This document shows, piece by piece, positions 49,442-59,159 of a DNA stretch of 64,000 nt. This DNA is from Entomortierella parvispora E1425. Taxonomy: Eukaryota; Fungi; Mortierellomycota. A program made the translations under genes and the position numbers. The DNA lies in assembly GCA_020891255.1 (NCBI GenBank), contig BQFW01000009.1, forward strand, positions 868,001 to 932,000, read 5' to 3'. Numbering within the stretch: position 1 is the stretch's first letter; the number at the start of each line of letters is the position of its first letter. A model generated the notes under the pieces. That model searched no databases and was not told the DNA's origin. It saw only the letters and a list, made by a program, of their open reading frames with translations.

Positions 49442-51862
49442 ATGTTTGACTCGTGGTTCTTCGAGGAGGATGAGTATGTGCCGCCGCCAAAGCCCATTGT
49501 CCTTTCTGCAGAGATCATCGACATGGGGTCAAAGCTGTATGTCAAGAAAATCTTTGAAGACTGGAACCTGCTGAACCATATCATCCTACGACATGAGGCC
49601 ACGATCCAAAAGAAATGGCTCAAAAAGTCGCGCGAACAACGGCGAAACACCTTGCTGCATGCATGGCCTGAAATGCCCAAGAAGCACCGCCCTGATATGG
49701 AGGTTTTCCTTGAAGAGAAGTCATTGCATCCTTCGACCAACCCAGCGTATCTTTGGCCTGACATCAACCAAGAGGATCTCTTAAAGCCCAAGATCCTACC
49801 CATTTTCCTCAATGCGCGAGCTCGACACTATCCATCCTTCTTTGCTGGAGCAGATGCGGATTCGTTCAAGTTTGCTCGGAGCGCTGGAAAAGTGACACCG
49901 GCATTTCTTCACGAACATACAATGATGTTCACTGGGCACAACTCTTCTTCGACTTATGGACGACTTTACAGCTGGGAGGAAAACGACGATGCGTTTGAAT
50001 GGCAGGTGTCTGGTCGAGGTGTTCAAGGTGGACTGGGCCTCATGGTCCTCAAGGTGCAGGAGCGCGTGTACCGATTCCTGGCCGATTGCTGTCTTCATAT
50101 CCTCCAGATGACTCGCGAGGCAGCCATGGCCGATACCACCCCAATTGAGCCGGAACCGAAAGCGCAGTCCATGATCGAAGGTCCAGTGACCTCTCTGTCC
50201 GATATTGCAACCGCAACTCCGTACTCAGTGCCCGCCAAGCTAGACCTCGCTAGTCTTCGTGAGCTCATTGCCGCCAGACGCTCTGATGCTGAGGACCATT
50301 TCTGGTCACTTCGAGAGGACCCCAGCTATTTTGAGAATGCCATCTTGCAGACAAAAGAACACCGACAGGAATTTCTTATGGACATCCATGGAGAACTACA
50401 CTCGTTGGTATCTCCACACCTGACGCGCGAGTTTTGGAGACGTGTGGCCCACAAAGTGATTATGGAAGCCCATTGCCTCCTCGAAGTGTGGCATATTTTG
50501 CTGAACCAAATAGATGAGCTGATGGCTCTACTGAAGAAATATGAAGGTCAGCTCAAAGAAGAATCGCCTCTTCCGAAAGACCTTCTGAATTGCTTCTTGG
50601 ACTTGGAATTCAGTCTTGGCATCTATATGGACGTCCCATTGCATATCCTGAAGCACATTGTCGTGGCGTCACCTCCATTGCGAGCTTGGTTTGCTCGCAA
50701 ACCCGAGGTCCACCCGTTGCTGCTGATGGAAGTTGTGGTGAAGCCGTACGTCAGCAAGGATGTTACCCAGATGAAGCTGATCTGGCTCCTGCAAGCGCTA
50801 TGCGACGATCAGCAACGCCACCATGCCGGCGCACTTCCTCTATTGGATATGATGGAGCGTTTAGTTGAAAACGACCCCAAGTCTCGGAATCTGTTCTCGG
50901 CCAAGGTTTCGAGTACTATTGGAGATTACTCACTCTTTGCAGAGGTTCAGAGGCAGATCAGACTCTTCCAACCGTGGGCGTCAACGTTTGATCGGTATGC
51001 AGCCGAGCGAGAGGCGATCAGCAGGTCCAACTACATCAAGCGTACTCGGCGGATGATGCAAGTGGACGAGGCCTTCAAGTCCATTAATACCAGCGCTGCG
51101 GATCCCACGGACAAGAAATTTTACTATCCAGTAGACAAAAGGAGAACCAAGGAGAATACATTGGCGATGCAAAAAGCCGAGAGGAATCTGGACAAGTACT
51201 GGGACGAAATTGATCGTCTCATGCTGAAGACAGCCAACGATTCGAAAAACGGAAAGTGGACATGCTTGTTGTCATCAGATCGGACGTTGCAGCGAACGCC
51301 TGACTGGGTTGAACCTGCACCTGCTGTGTCGGTCCAGGAAAAGAAGAAGAAGGAGGTGCAAGTCGAGGAGCTGATGCTGGGTCTTGAACTTCGATCGGAG
51401 AGCACGACTGACAACAACGAGATGAAGCAACAACAGAAGGAGAAAGTCAAGACTCGCGGAACTGCTGCGTCTGCCGAAACATCATTGGCCCCAGAAACAA
51501 CGGAAGAGACGGACGATTCCGCGCCGGTCGACCAGGAGCCGACTTTCAAGCTGGACAGCCGAGCTTTAAAAGTGTTCTCAACTTTGTTCCATCAGCCTTC
51601 GATGACTTCACTGCCCGGCGAGATCCCTTGGATCGACTTTTTGTATGCCATGCGAAAGATGGGATTCACAGAGACAAAAATGTATGGATCTGTCTGGCAT
51701 TTCTCGCCAGTCGGCACAGATTTGGGAAGGAGCATTCAAATTCATGAACCGCATCCGTCCAAAAAGATTCCGTTCAACACTGCCCGACGCATTGGAAGGC
51801 GACTTTTCAGGAACTATGGGTGGAGAGGCGATATGTTTGTTCATGAGGATCCCAAGGCGTAA
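49442..51862 (+). CDS. Tandem paralog 3 (806 aa from ATG 49442, intact) with C-terminal HicA-like domain
   Basis: Single ORF collinear with paralog 1. C-terminal GEIPWIDF..GF...GSVW..IHEPHP..RRIGRRL..YGW. Confidence 0.85.
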   Translation: MFDSWFFEEDEYVPPPKPIVLSAEIIDMGSKLYVKKIFEDWNLLNHIILRHEATIQKKWLKKSREQRRNTLLHAWPEMPKKHRPDMEVFLEEKSLHPSTNPAYLWPDINQEDLLKPKILPIFLNARARHYPSFFAGADADSFKFARSAGKVTPAFLHEHTMMFTGHNSSSTYGRLYSWEENDDAFEWQVSGRGVQGGLGLMVLKVQERVYRFLADCCLHILQMTREAAMADTTPIEPEPKAQSMIEGPVTSLSDIATATPYSVPAKLDLASLRELIAARRSDAEDHFWSLREDPSYFENAILQTKEHRQEFLMDIHGELHSLVSPHLTREFWRRVAHKVIMEAHCLLEVWHILLNQIDELMALLKKYEGQLKEESPLPKDLLNCFLDLEFSLGIYMDVPLHILKHIVVASPPLRAWFARKPEVHPLLLMEVVVKPYVSKDVTQMKLIWLLQALCDDQQRHHAGALPLLDMMERLVENDPKSRNLFSAKVSSTIGDYSLFAEVQRQIRLFQPWASTFDRYAAEREAISRSNYIKRTRRMMQVDEAFKSINTSAADPTDKKFYYPVDKRRTKENTLAMQKAERNLDKYWDEIDRLMLKTANDSKNGKWTCLLSSDRTLQRTPDWVEPAPAVSVQEKKKKEVQVEELMLGLELRSESTTDNNEMKQQQKEKVKTRGTAASAETSLAPETTEETDDSAPVDQEPTFKLDSRALKVFSTLFHQPSMTSLPGEIPWIDFLYAMRKMGFTETKMYGSVWHFSPVGTDLGRSIQIHEPHPSKKIPFNTARRIGRRLFRNYGWRGDMFVHEDPKA

Positions 51863-52130
51863 CCTTTTTGGGCATCTGGATTCCCTCTAGACTCGAGAAT
51901 ATATTTATAAAGTTTTGCTTTGACCAACAGTTTGTGGGCCATGGGTTGACGCGTGTTTTCACTCGGTGTCGCCAAAGCTTTTCATGACCGACGTCTGATG
52001 TGTGCATACTCTTAAATGTAATGAATGCGGCGCGTCTGATGAACCTCATTCCCCCTCCCGTCAAATGACATCCTCATCTTCTTCCAACTTCTTCCATCTT
52101 GGTCCTTGACACAATCCAATTCATTTCGAA

Positions 52131-54506
52131 ATGCCGAGCAATCCGCAAGCATTCATATTCTTAACGCCCGATATTGTTCTCAAGGAGTCCAAGAAGCACG
52201 TCAAGAACATCTTTGACGACTGGAACTTGTTGAACCATATCATCCTTCGACACGAGGCCACGATTCAACAGAAATGGCTCAAGAAGTCGCGCGACCAGAG
52301 ACGAAACACCTTGCTCTACGCCTGGCCTCAGATGCCCAAGAAGCATCGTCCCGACATGGAAGCTTTCTTGGAAGAGGGATCGCGTTTCTACGCCACCAAT
52401 TCCGATGTCTATCTCTGGCCAGACATTAACCAGGAAGACTTGCTAAAGCCCAAGATCCTGCCGATTTTCCTCAACGCTCGAGCTCGACACTACCCATCCG
52501 TGTTTGCCAGCACTGATGAGCAGTCTTTCAGGTTTGCCCAGGCCGGTGGAATAGTGACGCTAGGATATCTCGACGGCTTCACAATGATGCTCACTGGTCA
52601 GAACTCGCCTTCAACGTATGGAAAACTCTCGACTACGTTTGGTCTCAAGATGCCTGATCGGGGGGTCAAACCTGGCGTGGGTCTTCTTATCCTCAAGGCT
52701 CAGGAACGTGTGTACCGATTCCTTGTCGATTGCTGTCTTCATGTCCTCCAGATGACGCGCGAGGCGGCTATGGCCGATGCCACCTCCATTGAGCCGGAAC
52801 CACCAGCGCTGTGCATGATCGACGGTCAAATGCACTCTCTGGCTGATGTCGTTTCCGCAGCCCCTTATTCTGTACCTGCCAAACTCGAGCTTGGTCGTCT
52901 CCGTGATCTCGTTGCTGCCAGACGCTCCGCTGCCGAAGATCATATCTGGTCCTTTCGAGAGGATCCAGGCTATTTCGAGAATGCTATCATCGAGATGAGG
53001 GAGCATCGGCAAGAGATGCTTTTGGACACTCATGGACGGCAGCACTCATTGATGGCACCCAGCGGGTGGAACGACTTTTGGAGGCGCGTGATCCGTAAAG
53101 TGATTCTGGAAGCAAACTGTTTTCTTGAGGCGTGGCATGACCTGTTGTCCCAGATCGACGAGTTGATCGCGCTTCAGAAGAAGTATGAAGGCCAACTCAA
53201 AGAGGACTCCCCTCTACCGAACGAGCTCTTGAACGCCTTTTTGAACTTGGACTACAGTCTCGTCGGCTATATGAAGATCCCATTGACGATCCTGAGGGAT
53301 GTGCTTTATGGGTCTCCCCCTTTGCGCCAGTGGTTTGATCGCAAGCCTGAGGTGAACCCACTGATGATCGGTGTGGTTGATAAACCAAACATGGAAAAGG
53401 ACCCAACTCTGACAAAGCTCCTCTCGCTTTTCAACGTTTTGTTTATCGAGGACCAGCGAGATCTAGTCGGTGTGTTTACAGTCATGGACATGATTGAGCG
53501 TCTGACTCAGAACGACCCGAAAGCTCGAAATCATTTTTCAAGCAAGATTGCGAATACCGTTGCAGATTATTCACTCCTGGCAGAGGTTCGAAGGCGGGTC
53601 AAGCTTTTCCATCCATGGGCGTCGACATTTAAGGAGGAGGCGGACGAGCGACAAGAGATGACGTTTTCTTATCACTGTAACCATACCTTGCGGATGGCTC
53701 AGGTGGAGGCAGCCTTCAAGCCCATCGATATCAGTATCGCAGAGCCCTCAGACAAGAAGTTTTACTACCCAGCAGAGAAGAGGAAAACCAAGGAGAATAC
53801 GCTTGCGATGCAAAAGGCCGAGAAAAATCTGGACGAGTTCTGGGACAAGATTGACCGAGCCGTTCTGAAGACAGTCAACAACTCGAGGGATGGAGTCTGG
53901 ACTTGTCTGCTGTCACCCGGCTGAACACTACAACGAACCCCTGACTGGGTTGAGCCCGCGCCCAAGATTTCAGCCAAGGACAAGAAGAAGGAGGAAAATC
54001 ACTTGGAAGATCTGGTTCAGGGGCTTGATCTCTGCTCGGGGAGCTCGACTGACAGCAAAAAGTCGAAGAAAAAGCAAGGCGATATGATCGAAGCTCAAGC
54101 ACTTGCTGGCACCAGCGAGGTGGTGTTGTCCAACGATACAGCAGGAGAGACTGACACGTCCAAGCAGGAGACCAACCACCAACTGAACTTCAAATTGGAT
54201 AAACGAGCATTGAAGGTGTTCTCGACCTTGTTTTATCAGCCTTCGATATCTTCACAACCCGGCGAGATACCTTGGAACGATTTTCTGTATGCCATGAGGG
54301 AGGTGGGGTTCAAGGATCAGAAGTTGTACGGATCATTGTGGCATTTCACACCTACAAACTCGGATATGGGAGCAGGAATTCAATTCCATGAGCCGCATCC
54401 TGTCAGCAAGATCTCGTTCAATACTGCCCGGCTCTTTGGAAGGCGACTGGCCAGGAACTATGGATGGACGAGCGACATATTTGTTCCCGAGGACCCAAAG
54501 ATGTAG
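52131..54506 (+). pseudogene. Tandem paralog 4 with in-frame TGA at 53922-53924 (CGA/CGG Arg in the other copies); reading frame otherwise intact to 54506
   Basis: ccc ggc TGA aca cta caa cga acc cct gac tgg aligns with ccc gat CGA acg ctg cag agg acc cct gat tgg in paralog 1. The downstream ORF 54003-54506 is in the same frame and contains FHEPHP. Confidence 0.75.
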
Positions 54507-55863
54507 CTTTTTTTAATTAGGGCAATGCAATAATATTCATGGGTCTTGCTGTTGAACATCTGCGCAAAGAGGTTTTGATCACAGGGAGTGTGGCTGTGTG
54601 TTTGAATGTCATTCGGGTTCTGTTATTGGAGCTTCACGAGGTTGATCAAGGAATTACTGTTGACGCTCTTCGTCCAGCTGATATCACGATTGTTGCAGTG
54701 TCTAGAAGTTCCTCACTTGTTGTCACTTTGGCTGCCCTGTGGACCTATATCATTTTCTGCCAACCGGGGGAGTGATCATCCCAATTTATTCCAGCATGCG
54801 CGTGGATGACTTTCAAACCATATTGGGCGCAGCGTTCAATATGGTTGTGGTGGTACCAAACCATGTGGCCCGTGTGTTGTTTTTGTGCACGACGCTCTTT
54901 GTCGCGATAATTCCAGCGGACGGTGCAGACGTGCGGACGAAACCATATTGGTGTGCTGCCTTGTTGAGAGCTGGGTATCGTGATACTTGAGCAGTCTGCT
55001 TGGATAGTGATGAGGTCAGACAGCATCTTTTGAGAGTGGATTGTCAGGTTTTTCCTCTTTTTCCTCTTTTTTTTTTTTTTTTTTTTTTTAAATTTCATTT
55101 GATCTTTTAATAAGTGATGCAGAGGTCTATTGAAACTATGGTGGCCATGTCTTGTCGGTTCATCGATCGGGCGCTGTTCTTGAGTACCTATTCCTACTTG
55201 CACTCTTGCCAAGGGACAAAGCTGAAAAGAGGAGGAAGAACGGGAAGGCGAACTCACCATGATCATGGCATTCAAAAGCTCGAGTCCTCGACCTAGTCCT
55301 TGATCTAGTCCTTGATCTAGTCTGTGAGAAAGGCACCTCCAACAACAACGCCAGTTTATTTCATATTTGCATCCTGAAAATTCCTGATCGTCCTCGAGTC
55401 CCGTGGAAAGGATGAAAACGTTAGTATGTTAGTATGTTAGTATGTCAGTAAAACACCCCCAACAACAACGCCAGTTTATTTCATATATGCATCCTGATCT
55501 TGACCTAGACCTATCAAGAAAAAAAAAGAAAAGCCTGGGACGGAGGAGAGGGTGAGTACGAAGGAGCTTGTTCTTTTTGATCATAGAGCGATAGAGAGCG
55601 AGGGGGAAGTATCAGGTAAGGAGGCAAGAGTGCAAGTGAGTGAGAAAAGGAGCGAGAAAGCGAGATCAGTGAGAGCAGACGTCCAGCAACAGCAAAGGGA
55701 ACAAACTTGTCGTTGAAAGGCAGCGTGGTGAAAGGTGGTGGTAAAGGTGGTGAAGGTTGCCGTGAAAAGTTGTGGTGAAGATGAAGGTGGTGAAGATGAG
55801 AGCGAAGGGCTGAGGAGAGTGGAAAGTGGAAAGTGAAGAGGGGAGTGAAGGGTTGGAAGAGAA

Positions 55864-56977
55864 GAGAAAAGCGAAAAGCGAAAAAAAGGCGAGCACCTTT
55901 TGTGCCGCGCAACTTTTGCCAAGAGGACGAAAGGAGGGTGACGACAACGCATTGCTCGCGTATTCAGTCGACGCGGACTGAATGGAGGAGAGTGGCCCGG
56001 GTCCTCGTTGTCGGGAGGAGGAAAGACACATGGTGAAAGAAAGGAAAGGAAAGGGAAAGGGAAGGAAACGATCAGTGAGTGCGCTGATTGGTTGCTTTTG
56101 GATGAAGGGCTGGAAAGACATTGAAAAGACATGCAGAAAATGCGGTGGATAGACATTCAAAGCAGGGAAAGATGTCAAGGGATAGAGGGAGAGAGTTGTG
56201 GTCTACGCCCTCACCATCACCGTTACCATCGCTATCACTATTGCCATGAAGGATGGAAGGAGGAGCAGAAAAAGTGCGTCAGAAAAAGAGAGAAAGACAG
56301 GTGGAGAGGGGAGACATTTACATGGTCGCCATGTCCCTCTTCCCTTTCCCTCTCCGGCCCCATAGTCCCTTCGCTCTTGTAAAGCCTCACAGCAATAAAG
56401 GACTGGGATAGTATGGAGAAGGACCACTGCAACTGCGCTGTTGCCATAATCATCATGGCCATTCTCATCGTGATGAAGGAACGAAAGCTGGGTGGAAAAG
56501 AGAAAGAATGCATTTGCACAAAGGCCATGTCCATTTTTTTTTCATTTCTCTCTCTTTTTCTGACGCACTTTTTCTGCTCCTCCTTCCATCCTTCATGGCA
56601 ATAGTGATAGCGATGGTAACGGTGATGGTGAGGGCGTAGACCACAACTCTCTCCCTCTATCCCTTGACATCTTTCCCTGCTTTGAATGTCTATCCACCGC
56701 ATTTTCTGCATGTCTTTTCAATGTCTTTCCAGCCCTTCATCCAAAAGCAACCAATCAGCGCACTCACTGATCGTTTCCTTCCCTTTTCCTTTCCTTTCCT
56801 TTCTTTCACCATGTGTCTTTCCTCCTCCCGACAACGAGGACCCGGGCCGCTCTCCTCCATTCAGTCCGCGTCGACTGAATACGCGAGCAATGCGTTGTCG
56901 TCACCCTCCTTTCGTCCTCTTGGCAAAAGTTGCGCGGCACAAAAGGTGCTCGCCTTTTTTCGCTTTTCGCTTTTCTC
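55864..56977. repeat. Long inverted repeat: near-identical ~430-bp arms (55864-56295 and 56547-56977) around a ~250-bp spacer
   Basis: By eye the right arm is the reverse complement of the left arm with only a few mismatches or indels, for example gatgaagggctggaaagacattgaaaagac versus gtcttttcaatgtctttccagcccttcatc. Confidence 0.95.
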
Positions 56978-57384
56978 CTTTCTCCTTTCTCCTTCTCTTT
57001 CTCTCCCCAACCCTTCACCTACCTCTCCCTCTCCATCTGGCACCACCACAACCAACAAGACCACCACCACCACCAACACCTTTCACCTTCACCGTCACCT
57101 TCACCTTAACATTCAACTTCAGCTTCATCCTCACAATGTTGCTTCACGATAAGTTTGTTCTGTTTGATGATGTTGAAGCCATCTGTTCTTACTAATCTCG
57201 ACTTCTCGTTTTTTTTTTCTTCTCCTTCTATCACTTACTCGCACTCTGGCCTTTCCTCCTTACTCTCATACTTTCCAGCCCTCGCTCTCTGTCTCTATGA
57301 TTAAGATGATCAAGTCAGCTCGTACTGACCCTCACTTATGTCCTCTTCTTAGCATTTTGCTCCCTTTTTGATAGGTTTTTAGGT

Positions 57385-58585
57385 GAGGACATGGAAGAGT
57401 TGGACATGGATAGGGAGTTGGTGGACAAGGAAGAGGTGGACATGGACAGGGAGTCGGAGGACAAGGAAGAGGTGGACATGGACAGGGAGTCGGAGGACAA
57501 GGAAGAGGTGGACATGGACAGGGAGCCGGTGGACAAGGAAGAGGTGGACATGGACAGGGAGCCGATGGACAAGGAAGAGGTGGACATGGACAGGGAATCG
57601 GAGGACATGGAAGAGTTGGACATGGACAGGGAGCCGGTGGACATGGAATAGTTGGACACGGACAGGGAGCCGGTGGACAAGGAAGAGGTGGACATGGACA
57701 GGGAGTCGGAGGACAAGGAAAAGGTGGACATGGACAGGGAGCCGGTGGACAAGGAAGAGGTGGACATGGACAGGGAATCGGAGGACATGGAAGAGTTGGA
57801 CATGGACAGGGAGCCGGTGGACATGGAATAGTTGGACACGGACAGGGAGCCGGTGGACAAGGAAGAGGTGGACATGGACAGGGAGTCGGAGGACATGGAA
57901 GAGTTGGACAGGGACAGGGAGTCGGAGGACATGGAAGAGTTGGACATGGACAGGGAGTTGGAGGACATGGAAGAGTTGGACATGGACAGGGAGCCGGTGG
58001 ACAAGGAAGAGGTGGACATGGACAGGGAGTCGGAGGACATGGAAGAGTTGGACATGGACAGGGAGCGGTGGACAAGGAAGAGGTGGACATGGACAGGGAG
58101 TTGGAAGACATGGAAGAGTTGGACATGGACAGGGAGCCGGTGGACAAGGAAGAGGTGGACATGGACAGGGAGCGGTGGACAAGGAAGAGGTGGACATGGA
58201 CAGGGAGTTGGAAGACATGGAAGAGTTGGACATGGACAGGGAGCGGTGGGCAAGGAAGAGGTGGACATGGACAGGGAGTTGGAAGACATGGAAGAGTTGG
58301 ACATGGACAGGGAGTCGGAGGACATGGAAGAGTTGGACATGGACAGGGAGCGGTGGACAAGGAAGAGGTGGACATGGACAGGGAGTTGGAAGACATGGAA
58401 GAGTTGGACATGGACAGGGAGCGGTGGACAAGGAAGAGGTGGACATGGACAGGGAGTTGGAAGACATGGAAGAGCTGGACACGGACAGGGAGTCGGTGGA
58501 CAAGGAAGAGGCGGACATGGACAGGGAGTCGGAGGACATGGAGGAGTTGGACATGGAAGAGCTGGACATGGACAGGGACACGGAC
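57385..58585. repeat. Purine-rich minisatellite with 36-bp units and 35-bp variants
   Basis: Units such as gacatggacagggagccggtggacaaggaagaggtg and gacatggacagggagtcggaggacatggaagagttg. The right half contains 1-bp-shorter units (gagcggtgg). Confidence 0.95.
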
Positions 58586-59159
58586 GACTTGGGCGACTTT
58601 GGACGTACTGATCATGGTGAGTTTTCATTTCCCCTCTCTTCATCCTTTTCTTCTCCCTCCATTGGCAAGAGTGCAACTAGGGATAGGTTCCAAGAGCAGC
58701 GCCGATCGACAAGCCTACAAGACATCACAGCCGTAGTCTGATAATCCTCCAACTTTTATTAAATAAATGATCAAACGAACTGCGTGGTCAAGACAACTTG
58801 TCAATCCCAAAAAAAAAAAAGTGAACGAGGTGTTGGAGCCTTGGTTGACCACTGATATCAAAGCCGTTGATCTGCAGCAGTAGCCGGTACCAAGCATGTA
58901 CGCAACTTTTGGTGTAGTATCTCACTGATACAATGAGGTGCCTTGGCAGAGTGGCTCTAGCGCACACACTGTTAAAACGGCAAATAGGCCGTTGATCAGT
59001 GCCAATGCTGAGGCTCAGTCCCAAAGTCTCTATTTGTATTCACCTCCACAACTGAACCGTGGGCAATGAAGTATGACATTGACGAAAGAGAGAGAATTCG
59101 GAACAGCTCTTGTATTGTTTTTAATAAATGAAGGATTTTCGTTATTTTTTTAAATGTCT

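Noticed and set aside
54539-55110. Short ORFs downstream of paralog 4 as a possible HicB-like antitoxin
   Set aside because: None of the listed translations shows HicB-like or DNA-binding motifs, and they overlap in conflicting frames.
57332-58741. 400-452 aa ORFs in nearly all frames (Cys/Pro-rich, Ser/Met-rich, Trp/Arg-rich) as real genes
   Set aside because: The repeat composition almost excludes stop codons, so long open frames are expected by chance. Kept only as a repeat finding.
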